NCBI GenBank assembly: GCA_965368975.1
Contig: CBDUPA010000001.1
Coordinates: 416,001 to 480,000, forward strand
DNA: 64,000 nt
Direction of reading: 5' to 3'
Source: an uncultured bacterium
GTDB taxonomy: Bacteria > Acidobacteriota > Thermoanaerobaculia > Multivoradales > JAHZIX01
The translations under genes were made by a program, and so were the position numbers. This document shows, one piece after another, positions 52,912 through 61,360 of this stretch. Numbering within the stretch: position 1 is the stretch's first letter; each line of letters starts with the position of its first letter. The notes beneath the pieces were generated by a model. The model saw nothing but the letters and a program-made list of their open reading frames with translations. It made no database searches and was not told the DNA's origin.

Positions 52912-55413
52912 TCAGTAAGTAATCTCGAGGCTGGGGACGTAGGAAGACTCACGGCTGTAGTACCAGAGCCCGACCGTGTCCGCCGCCGTCAGGCCGATCG
53001 TGTAGGTGCCGTTGCCCGTGACGATGCTACTGACGTCGAACTCCACCCACGTGCTGGCCGGCAAGGCGCCGGTAGCGTACTGGGTGTAGAAGTACAGCGG
53101 TGCGTTGTTCCAGGTGATCGTGTTCTCGCTCCAGCTCGTGTCCACGATCCAGTAGAGGCGTGAGCTGGGGAACGCCTTGGTGCCCGTACGGATACGCACC
53201 TTGGCTGACTGCACGGGCCGAGTGACACCGGAAACCGTGAACTTCAGGTAGCCGGAAGCGCCCAGACCGGACGACGCGCTGCGCACGGTGATGCTCGTGC
53301 TGGCGCCGTAGTTGCGGGTCGGTAGCGGCTGATAGACCCAGGCGTCGGAGATGACCGGGAAGCTCGCGCTTGTGATGTTGTTGATGTAGAACCGGCGGCT
53401 GAATACCTTGCTGGACCCGTGCACGTCCGTTGCGGTGGCGTAGAAGTAGTGCCAGCCGTTGGTGAACGCGTTGGTGTTGAGCGTGCCGCTCCAGCCGACG
53501 TAGGGGCAATTGGGGTCGTTCAGGTCACTGTGCGCGTTGCACACATCGGCCCTATGCGTGCCGTAGACGAAGCCACCGAGTGTCACCGGCGTGGTGTCGA
53601 CCTTGAAGGTCATCGAAGCGACTCCCGAGGCGTCCGTCGCCCAGCCGTGGGCGAAGAAGTTCCCAGAGACGACTTGCTGGTGCGTCGGACGATCGACGAA
53701 CAGCCGCGGCGGGTCGTTCTCGACCACGGTCACCCGGATCGTGTGCTGCGCCTTCTTGCCGCCGCTGTCCTGGACGGTGGCGGTCAGGAGGTGATCGCCT
53801 AGCGTCGTCAGTTGGACCGAGATCGGAGTGCCCGTGCCCAGAGTATTCTGCACGTCAGAGCGCCACTGCACAGAGGCGCCGAGGTTGCCGTTCTCTGGGT
53901 CACTGGCGCTGGCGGCCAGGGTGAAGGGGGTGTTGATCCGCACCGTCGCGTTGGCCGTCGGACTGGTGATCTGGACGCTCGGCACGGCGTTGCCGTTGCC
54001 CGTGCGCAGCCCGGCGTAGGTCGAGGCACGCCCGTTGGCGACACATGCGTTGAAGGAACCGCCGTTGGCGGCATTCGTGTCCTCGCCGATCGCCACGTTG
54101 TACGGGGACGGGCTCAGGTCGGGATTGGAGAAGTAGGGAATGCGGCTGCAGACGCCGCCGACCGTACCATTGCTGGTGCAACCCATGACACTTGCGCCCC
54201 GGTGCAAGACCTGGCCGGAAGTACCCAGACGTTCGAACACATAACCGTAGGCATACGGCTTGACCGGCGTCGAGGAGGCGAAGGGATCGCCACGGTCGTG
54301 CTGCAGGCCGAGGGTATGCCCGAACTCGTGAGCATACGTGTGATCCGCGAAGCCACAGCCCTGTTCGTAGGCCATGTAGGTCTGGTCGGTGAACAGCGTC
54401 GCCGTGCCCTGCAGAACCTCCTGGCCGCTACCGTTGAGGTGCGGCAGGAAGGCGATTCCACAGTTGTTGTTGGGGTTCGGCGGAATCATCAACGACACCA
54501 TGTCGGCACCATGGTCGGCACGCAGTCGCTCCACTTCGGGGCGACGGTTGTTGAGGTTCCACATCCAGTTGCGTGCTTGGCTAGCGGTCAACTGCCCGCT
54601 GGATGTCGGGTGTTCTTCGGTCAGAGGCCCGGCGTAGACCAGGTTGTAGGTGATCTTGACCTGGCTGTTGGCGAAGATCGTGTTGGCCATCGCGATGTCC
54701 AGGTTGATGGAATCGAGAGCCGCCTGCTCCTGAGGACCGACGAAGTCGGGCATGTAGAGCGCCAGCACGTCGAGCCGGTAGTTGGTGGCCGGGACATTGC
54801 AGGCATCTGCCTTCTCGGCGGCGATCAGCGGTGCCGTCTGCTGTTGCACAGCTTCGACGCCACAGCCGTCGTGCTGCGCGCCCTCCGTGCGCACCAGGCG
54901 ATGAATTCCGCCTGCCGCCGGCGTGATGTGGTAGTGCACACCTTCCGGTGTTTGCAGCGTCCCCATCACGCGCCCCTCGGTGTAGCTGAGCAAGACATAG
55001 CCGTTGCGCAGCGTAGCCTCGGCCTCGTTACGGCTGGATCTGGAATCGGCCTCTGCGTCCAGAATGCCGTACCAGCTGAAGTGATCTTCATCGACCTGGG
55101 TCCAGCGTGAGCGCAGGGCTTCCAGCGATGTTCCGCCCGGCACGTCGAGCGCGAGGCGCTCCGGGTTGAGGGCGAGCAGTTCGGAGTCCAGGTAGATGGC
55201 GAACTGCTCGGCGATATTCTGAACGGTGTAGCCAGCATCGTCCAGGTCCGCCTTGGCTGGGTTGAGGGTGTACAGCGGGGTGCTCGCTTGGGCCAGCAGA
55301 GCCGGGCCCGTGGACAGCGACGCGAAGAGGATGAAGGTGAGTCCGAGCGTCAGACGGAAAGTCCGGGCGCTGCGTGGTGGAGGTGGATACTTCGAGAAGG
55401 ATTTTGATTCCAT
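52912..55413 (-). CDS. Secreted reprolysin-like (M12) zinc metalloprotease with Ig-like and DNRLRE/CBM96-like C-terminal domains
   Basis: HEFGHTLGLQH, Met-turn SVMG, FSNP; PSVQITSP Ig domain; DAWV..NYG..YLKF C-terminal domain. Confidence 0.9.
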   Translation of the reverse strand: MESKSFSKYPPPPRSARTFRLTLGLTFILFASLSTGPALLAQASTPLYTLNPAKADLDDAGYTVQNIAEQFAIYLDSELLALNPERLALDVPGGTSLEALRSRWTQVDEDHFSWYGILDAEADSRSSRNEAEATLRNGYVLLSYTEGRVMGTLQTPEGVHYHITPAAGGIHRLVRTEGAQHDGCGVEAVQQQTAPLIAAEKADACNVPATNYRLDVLALYMPDFVGPQEQAALDSINLDIAMANTIFANSQVKITYNLVYAGPLTEEHPTSSGQLTASQARNWMWNLNNRRPEVERLRADHGADMVSLMIPPNPNNNCGIAFLPHLNGSGQEVLQGTATLFTDQTYMAYEQGCGFADHTYAHEFGHTLGLQHDRGDPFASSTPVKPYAYGYVFERLGTSGQVLHRGASVMGCTSNGTVGGVCSRIPYFSNPDLSPSPYNVAIGEDTNAANGGSFNACVANGRASTYAGLRTGNGNAVPSVQITSPTANATVRINTPFTLAASASDPENGNLGASVQWRSDVQNTLGTGTPISVQLTTLGDHLLTATVQDSGGKKAQHTIRVTVVENDPPRLFVDRPTHQQVVSGNFFAHGWATDASGVASMTFKVDTTPVTLGGFVYGTHRADVCNAHSDLNDPNCPYVGWSGTLNTNAFTNGWHYFYATATDVHGSSKVFSRRFYINNITSASFPVISDAWVYQPLPTRNYGASTSITVRSASSGLGASGYLKFTVSGVTRPVQSAKVRIRTGTKAFPSSRLYWIVDTSWSENTITWNNAPLYFYTQYATGALPASTWVEFDVSSIVTGNGTYTIGLTAADTVGLWYYSRESSYVPSLEITY

Positions 55414-55505
55414 GACATCTTCCTTTCCAGGCTCTGTTCAGAGCACTTGGGTAGACTTGATGTCAGTGGATACGAAGACTTCGCGAGCGAGTGTTGTGAG
55501 AATTT

Positions 55506-55525
55506 GTAAAAAGAAATGTTTTTAC
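55506..55525. promoter_or_regulatory. AT-rich inverted repeat upstream of the metalloprotease gene, candidate operator
   Basis: gtaaaaa-gaaatg-tttttac in an otherwise GC-rich genome. Confidence 0.35.
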
Positions 55526-55560
55526 TTGTTTTCACAGGAAGGCCGTGAGATGTACGCGGT

Positions 55561-55604
55561 TGTGACGTGGACTGGTGGCTTGTGTGACCTGGACTGGTGG
55601 CTTG
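55561..55604. repeat. 22-bp tandem direct repeat x2
   Basis: tgtgacgtggactggtggcttg / tgtgacctggactggtggcttg (1 mismatch). Confidence 0.85.
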
Positions 55605-55649
55605 CCTGGCTGAGTTGGGTCGAGGGCGGACTCGCGCTCGATCGACCTC

Positions 55650-55815
55650 TCTCACGCCTCGACTCCGAGCACCTGGAAGTTCGCTGCTTGCCCCGTTAGG
55701 ACGACCTTCAGTGGCGCTCTGAGTTTGGCCTTCAACTCAGCAATGCCGACGAGTGCCGGTGGGCGAGGTACGGTGCTCATGACTGGACGCTAGTCATTTA
55801 TGGCCAGGCTGGCAA
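55650..55815 (-). pseudogene. Internally deleted remnant of the Phd/VapC operon (promoter-operator + antitoxin 5' end joined to toxin 3' end)
   Basis: 55652-55694 matches 57239-57281; ~55722-55806 matches ~57878-57961. Confidence 0.85.
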
Positions 55816-55956
55816 AGCCGGGTGGGAGTCGAGCAGGCCAAACGTAAGGCCCCTTACTTGGCGAAAGCCCGCGTTTAAGAATGAAGAGATCGTTCGCAAC
55901 CAGAAGGTGGGCACGTGGGCATGGGTGTGTTGCCGTGCATGTATAGGAGACTTGAG

Positions 55957-57183
55957 ATGAAGAGACTGTTGATGTTTCGATTTTCGCCAGAAAGCTTCAC
56001 GGTGGCCCTGTGCTGGCTCTTGTGCCTTGCTACTCCGATGCCGATGTCTGCGACGGGTGCCAGTGACCTGTTTGTCACGACGGTGCCAGTGAGGCTGCAC
56101 CATCCGCCGAATCTCGGCTTCTCGATCGAGCGAGTGGCTTTTGCCTCGGCAACAGGCGACTGTTCCGCCGAGTTCGTCAACGCTCTGATCGAAGACTTCG
56201 TTCGCAACGACGTAGCCGTCATCGAGCGCACGAGCATAGAGCGCATTCTCGAAGAGCTCGACTTCTCAGCTTCGGACTATGTGCAAGCGTCTGCTGACCA
56301 GTCGTTGGGAAGCCTGTTGGGAGCGAGTGCCTTGGTCTTTGTCGATGTCCTGAGGTGTGCCGACGAGCAGAGCAAAACGTACAAGAGGACACGCACCAGG
56401 GACGGGTCCTATACGACCTTCTACTCGACGACGAAGTTCTACTTCAAGAGTTCTCTGCGCATCGTGGACACCTTGACAGGCCGCGTCTTTTCCTCCAACG
56501 TCGTCGAGAGTTTCCGCGAGGACACCAATAGTTCGAGAGACGGCTACCCTGAGTTTCCGTCTGCCTACGAACTCCATGATGCTGCAGTCGAGGAGGCGGC
56601 ATTCAAGGTTCACCAGATGTTCTTTCCCTGGACGCAGATCGAACGCCTGCGTTTCTACAAGGACAGGCGGTGCGGTCTCAAAGATGCGTACCGGTTGGTC
56701 GAGATCTCCGATATCGAGGGCGCCAAGGAGAAGTCCTTGGCGAATCTCGAAGAATGCCGAGCTCAGGGACGAGAGAAGTCCATCTCCCGGGCGCTCTACA
56801 ACGTTGGTATGACGCACTTTCTGCTGACGGAGTACGAGAACGCCTTGGCCTACTTCGAGGAAGCACACCGCGTACGGCCGAACTCTCGGACGACTGAGGC
56901 GGTGAATACCTGCAAACGTGCCATGCAGTTGGCGGAGGACATGGCGTCCTACGAGGCGTTGGTAGCGGAACGTGCAGCTGAAGGAGGGCAGTGGCAGCCT
57001 TCGGCCCTCGCAGCCGTAGTGGCTCAGGGGCGAGATACTGACGAGGGCTCCACGACTGAAGCTGCCTCGGAAGGCAACTCAGCAGCCGAGCGGCTGCAGA
57101 AGCTGAAAGCTCTCTTTGACCAGGGGTTGATTACTGAAGGGGAATATGACGCCAAGAGGGCAGACATCCTGTCTGATCTCTAG
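55957..57183 (+). CDS. CsgG/HfaB-like protein with TPR and C-terminal SHOCT domain
   Basis: VIERTSIERILEE, LGASALV, LRIVDT.TGRV; LYNVG TPR; ERLQKLKALFDQGLITEGEY..KRADIL SHOCT; AGGAG RBS. Confidence 0.8.
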   Translation: MKRLLMFRFSPESFTVALCWLLCLATPMPMSATGASDLFVTTVPVRLHHPPNLGFSIERVAFASATGDCSAEFVNALIEDFVRNDVAVIERTSIERILEELDFSASDYVQASADQSLGSLLGASALVFVDVLRCADEQSKTYKRTRTRDGSYTTFYSTTKFYFKSSLRIVDTLTGRVFSSNVVESFREDTNSSRDGYPEFPSAYELHDAAVEEAAFKVHQMFFPWTQIERLRFYKDRRCGLKDAYRLVEISDIEGAKEKSLANLEECRAQGREKSISRALYNVGMTHFLLTEYENALAYFEEAHRVRPNSRTTEAVNTCKRAMQLAEDMASYEALVAERAAEGGQWQPSALAAVVAQGRDTDEGSTTEAASEGNSAAERLQKLKALFDQGLITEGEYDAKRADILSDL

Positions 57184-57237
57184 CTTTGGCGGAGCTGGCC
57201 CGAGCTGCGGACTCACGACCCGCTCGACTGACCTCTT

Positions 57238-57660
57238 TCACGCCTTGACTCCGAGCACCTGGAAGTTCGTTGCTTGCCCCGCGAGGGCCAGTTCTGCATC
57301 GTGCGTGGCCAGAATCAGTTCCGTGTTCGTCCGTTCCTGCCAAACCAGCGCACTCGCCAGGTGGATGGCATCGAGGGTGGCCAGGGTCGTGGGGAAAGGG
57401 AGAGAAGCACGGTCCAAGATTGCTGGTGTTGGTTCGACGACTTCGACGGTCTTCATCAATTGATAGACCAAGGCCCTCTTGCTCGCTAGGATCTTCTCGT
57501 CGAGCCGCGTGCGCTTCGACAGGCGATCCAGCGTTCGCAAGCACTCGACTTCGGTCAAGGCGCTGGTGACACCCTGAACCGTTCTGAAGTCGACGACCAG
57601 GGGATCAGCTTGCCCCAGGAGCCAGCGCAGGATGACCGAAGAATCCACGTAGAGGATCAT
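57238..57660 (-). CDS. vapC: PIN-domain (VapC family) toxin
   Basis: YVDSS, TEVE, TLDAIHLASA, THD acidic PIN motifs; ATGA overlap with antitoxin. Confidence 0.92.
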   Translation of the reverse strand: MILYVDSSVILRWLLGQADPLVVDFRTVQGVTSALTEVECLRTLDRLSKRTRLDEKILASKRALVYQLMKTVEVVEPTPAILDRASLPFPTTLATLDAIHLASALVWQERTNTELILATHDAELALAGQATNFQVLGVKA

Positions 57661-57935
57661 CGATGCTTCTGGCGCTCTTCGAGCAAGAGTTCGACGATGT
57701 CGATCTCGGTCTCGACAGGAGGTCCGAAGTCGAGATCGGCTAGAGAACTGCCCGGCAACGGTTTCCGGACGCGCAGCGGTTCTTCGCTCCGGTAGGGGGC
57801 CAATGTTGCGACAGGCTTGTCCCGGTCGGTGACCGTGATCCTCTCGCCAGCTCTGACGGCGTAAAGATAATGGCTTAGTTTGGCCTTCAGCTCGGCGATT
57901 CCGACAAGTGCCGGTGGACGAGGTACGATGCTCAT
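57657..57935 (-). CDS. Phd/YefM family antitoxin
   Basis: VGIAELKAKLSHYL..VRAGE.ITVTDR.KPVA.L.P. Confidence 0.92.
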   Translation of the reverse strand: MSIVPRPPALVGIAELKAKLSHYLYAVRAGERITVTDRDKPVATLAPYRSEEPLRVRKPLPGSSLADLDFGPPVETEIDIVELLLEERQKHR

Positions 57936-57970
57936 GACTAGATGCTAGTCATCTGTGGTCAGATTGTCAA
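57934..57970 (-). promoter_or_regulatory. Sigma-70 promoter (TTGACA-N17-TAGCAT) with overlapping palindromic operator; leaderless TA transcript
   Basis: -35 at 57965-57970, -10 at 57942-57947, ATG 6 nt later; ATGACTAG-N3-CTAGTCAT at 57934-57952. Confidence 0.8.
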
Positions 57971-58029
57971 AGAGACCTTTCGGCCGAGGGTATCACCTTC
58001 CAGCGAAAGGCCGTTTCGAGTCTTGATCC

Positions 58030-60360
58030 TCACAAGATCTCGACCTCCACAGGTCCCTTGATGCGCGCCATGCAGGCCAGGCGGCAGTCTTTGCCTTCCA
58101 GGCCGCACAGATCCTCCAGCGTCTCGACTTCGCCCGCCGCGGCTGGGGTCTCGACGTTCTCGAGGCCGGCGACGATGCGGATCGGGTCGCTGCCGCAGAT
58201 GCCGGAGTGGCACTCGGCGTTGATGCGGATGCCGTGCGCTTCGGCGACGTCGCACAGGGTTTGGCCGGGGAGCACCGGTAGCGGGCCGCCGTGACCGCGG
58301 AAGGTGACGCTGGGGCCATCCGGGGCTGGACTGCCAGCCGCGGGGGTGGCTGCGGGCTTGACTTCACTGACCGGTCTCGGTGGTGCCGGGCCGGAGGCGT
58401 CGAGGACGGCGTCGGGGTCCTGGCTGAAGGCCAGGTTTTGCTGGCCGAGCTGGAACTGGTCGCCGTGTTCGAGCTTGACGGCGCTGCGCACTCGGAGGTA
58501 AGTGCCATTGGCGCTCTTCAGGTCCTTGACCAGAACCCGCGCCTTCTGATCTGCCCCTCGCTCGACGGTCAGGGCGAGGTGGCGACGGGAGAGGGTGCCA
58601 TCCGGGCCGAGGGTGATGTCGGGGGCGCGGCGGCCGAGGACGAGGGTGCCGTTGGGGAGAGGGTGCTGGCCGATCTCTCTGCCTTCGGCGTCGAAGTGAC
58701 GCAGAACCAGGTCTCCGTGCAGGTTGCCGGTGGCATCGGCGTCGGCGAGGAGCAGGAACTGGCGGCCGGCGCGCAGCAGGTCGCCGGCTTCGAGGGGCAG
58801 CTTGCGGCGGGCCGGGACGCGCAGGAAGACGCCGGTGTTGGAGCCGTCGTCGCGCAGGAAGGTACCTTCGTCGGTGGCGGCGATGGAGGCGTGGCGATTG
58901 CTGAGCAAGGGGTCGGCGGGGAAGTTGAGGTCGCAGTCCTGACGGCCGAAGGTGACGACACTACCGGGGGCGATCGGGTGTTCTTCGCCCTGGACGTTGC
59001 CGGGCAAGAGTTGCACGATGGCGGCGTAGCTGTCGGCCGGGTGCTCTCCGGCCGGTTCGGTGGCGCCGGCCGCTTCCAGGGCTTCGGCGAGGTCCTCGCG
59101 CTCGAGCCGGGAGGTGGAGGTCGCGACGCTGGTGCGGCCGAGGTGGGCGACGGGAGACTCGGCGGCGCCTTCGAGGTCGTCGGCGTCAGCGACGGTGAGG
59201 TCGATGTCGCTCTTACCCTCGAGGCGTTGGCGCACCACCTGGGCGATCAGGACGCCGTCGCGCAGCGCACTCTTGATGTTGCCACGGTGGCGGATCTCGC
59301 GGAAGCCGGCGGGGTCGGCGTCGAAGTCGTCGGTCTCGAAGTAGGCCTGGCTGAGGATGTCGCCGGCCAGGTAGACGTGGGGCAGGGCCGTCTCGAGGTA
59401 GCGGTTGGTGACCATGCGCTTGCGGTTCTTGGGGCCGCCGGTGACCATGGCGATGCCGAACGAGGCGAGCAGGCTCTCGGGGATGTCCTCGCCGATGCAG
59501 GCGATGCAGCTGTCCTTGGGGAATTCGAGGTGCGACGTCTCGGCGGGGCGTCCTTCCATCTTGCGGCGATCGACCCGCACGGCGAGGTACTCCTGGCGAT
59601 CGTCGCCGACCAGCACGGCGGCGGGCTCGCTGTTCGGGTAGTAGCGGATGTTGCCGTTCCCGACGTAGGCCTCGAAGAAGACTTCGGCCAGGGCCTTGGA
59701 TACCCGGGGCATCTTGTCGCCGCGGTAGGACCAGTAGATGGCGCTGGGGTCGCTGGCCTGGGCCTTGGCGTGTGAGATGGCGATGACGGCTTCGGCGGCC
59801 GAGGTGCCGCCGCCGAGGATGCAGGTGGGGCGGCCGACGTAGGTGGCGGGGTCGTCGAGACGGTGCGGGATGCCCTCGGTGTTGCCGGGGATGTCGAAGC
59901 GGCGCGGCACGCCGCGGCCAATGGCGAGCACGACGTGGCGGGCCAGCAGGCAGCCGTCGCAGCGCTGGCCGTGGTCCCAGATCGACGCCTCGTAGATGTC
60001 GTGGCCGCGGGCATCCGGGCGGCGGCTCAGACCGGTCAGCTCGATGCCCAGCCGGCGCGGCACGGCGCCGCGGCCGTAGTGCCCCTTCCAGGTGGCGCAC
60101 ATGTCGTCTTTGTCGATCGGTGAGAAGCGTAGCGCGTCGATCAGCTCGCCGCCACGGGGGAAGCGCATGCGGTCGCCGCCGCCGAAGCTGGGCAGGATGA
60201 GCTTGTCCTTGGAGTAGTCGCGGATGCGCTTCATCAGGTCGTCGTATTCGATCACCAGCGCATCCAGCCCCAACTCGCGAGCACGAAAGGCAGCGGCGGT
60301 GCCGGCGGGGCCACCACCGACGATCAGCAGGTCCAGGACGTGTTCGGTCGGCGCACTCAT
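58030..60360 (-). CDS. Thioredoxin-reductase-like FAD/NAD(P) oxidoreductase fused to two FHA domains and a 2Fe-2S ferredoxin
   Basis: IVGGGPAG, ILGGGTSA, YLAGD; FHA motifs FGR..SNRHA..SNTG and LGR..SRRH..SANGT; CHSGICGSD...CRLAC. Confidence 0.88.
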   Translation of the reverse strand: MSAPTEHVLDLLIVGGGPAGTAAAFRARELGLDALVIEYDDLMKRIRDYSKDKLILPSFGGGDRMRFPRGGELIDALRFSPIDKDDMCATWKGHYGRGAVPRRLGIELTGLSRRPDARGHDIYEASIWDHGQRCDGCLLARHVVLAIGRGVPRRFDIPGNTEGIPHRLDDPATYVGRPTCILGGGTSAAEAVIAISHAKAQASDPSAIYWSYRGDKMPRVSKALAEVFFEAYVGNGNIRYYPNSEPAAVLVGDDRQEYLAVRVDRRKMEGRPAETSHLEFPKDSCIACIGEDIPESLLASFGIAMVTGGPKNRKRMVTNRYLETALPHVYLAGDILSQAYFETDDFDADPAGFREIRHRGNIKSALRDGVLIAQVVRQRLEGKSDIDLTVADADDLEGAAESPVAHLGRTSVATSTSRLEREDLAEALEAAGATEPAGEHPADSYAAIVQLLPGNVQGEEHPIAPGSVVTFGRQDCDLNFPADPLLSNRHASIAATDEGTFLRDDGSNTGVFLRVPARRKLPLEAGDLLRAGRQFLLLADADATGNLHGDLVLRHFDAEGREIGQHPLPNGTLVLGRRAPDITLGPDGTLSRRHLALTVERGADQKARVLVKDLKSANGTYLRVRSAVKLEHGDQFQLGQQNLAFSQDPDAVLDASGPAPPRPVSEVKPAATPAAGSPAPDGPSVTFRGHGGPLPVLPGQTLCDVAEAHGIRINAECHSGICGSDPIRIVAGLENVETPAAAGEVETLEDLCGLEGKDCRLACMARIKGPVEVEIL

Positions 60361-60382
60361 GGTCGTCTCCGTACTCTCGTGC

Positions 60383-61327
60383 TCAGGTCGACGGCTCAGC
60401 GATGGGCAGCAGCCAGCCTTCGACGGCGCCGAAGCGCAGGCGGCTGCTGAGGGGGATCTCGACGGTGTCTTCGATCTGCACGTCGTTGACGTAGGTGTGG
60501 TTGCGGCTGCCCTCGTCGCGCACGTGCAGGACGCCGTCGCCGACGGTCAGGGTGGCGTGGCGGCGCGACAGGTTGAGGCTCTCCAGCTGGATGCCGGCTT
60601 CGTTGCCGCGGCCGATCAGGTTGTCGCCGAAGTGCAAGCGGAAGCGCCGGCTCGGCTGGTCGCTGTCGGTGAGCACCAGGTAGAAGGGGGCCGGGACGAG
60701 GTCTTGCACAGCGTCCGCCGCGGTGGCCTCTTGCACGGGGGCTGCTGCGCCGGGTTCTTGCGCTGAGTCCTCTGCCGCGATGGGGGGAGCCTTGTCCACC
60801 ACGAAGGCACTCGGAAGCGCCATCGGCAGGGCTTCGTACTCGGTCTTCTCATGTGCCTCGACGTCGGCCTCGTCAGCGGGCTTGGTGGCACCGGGCAGGC
60901 TGGGCGGCAGGATCAGCGGGCTGGACTCGAAGACGGTGCGCTCGGCCTCCGGGATGTCGGCCTCGGGTTGGCGGGTCGAGGGTTGCGGCGCTGCGGAGGC
61001 CACCGGCTGGCGGCCTTGACGCAAGGCGGTGAGCTGGAAGTCCTGGAAGATGAAGTCCGCGTCCGCGAAGGTGATGACGTGCAGGTGGCCGAGGGCTTCG
61101 GCGCCCTGGATGCGCTCGCCGTCGAGGCGGGTGCCGTTGCGGCTGCCAAGATCTTCGAGCAGGTAGCAGCCGCGTACGGGGTCGAAGCGGATGCGCGCGT
61201 GCTTGCCGGAGACGGCGTCGCGGCCGAGGGGGATGGTGTTGTCCGGGTGACGGCCGATCGTGGTCTCGCCGGTGATCGGGTACTCTCCCTGGTCGGTTCC
61301 GGTCTTGCGCAGCAGGCGGGCGGGCAT
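60383..61327 (-). CDS. Double-FHA domain protein
   Basis: IGR..SGKHA..DLGSRNGT and IGR..SRRHA..SRNHT joined by an acidic Pro/Ala linker. Confidence 0.9.
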   Translation of the reverse strand: MPARLLRKTGTDQGEYPITGETTIGRHPDNTIPLGRDAVSGKHARIRFDPVRGCYLLEDLGSRNGTRLDGERIQGAEALGHLHVITFADADFIFQDFQLTALRQGRQPVASAAPQPSTRQPEADIPEAERTVFESSPLILPPSLPGATKPADEADVEAHEKTEYEALPMALPSAFVVDKAPPIAAEDSAQEPGAAAPVQEATAADAVQDLVPAPFYLVLTDSDQPSRRFRLHFGDNLIGRGNEAGIQLESLNLSRRHATLTVGDGVLHVRDEGSRNHTYVNDVQIEDTVEIPLSSRLRFGAVEGWLLPIAEPST

Positions 61328-61360
61328 GGTGTTACCTCTCGAGGAGCGGCGATCCGGTCG

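Noticed and set aside
55561-55604. 22-bp repeat as CRISPR or IS end
   Set aside because: Only two adjacent copies; no spacer, transposase or terminal inverted repeats
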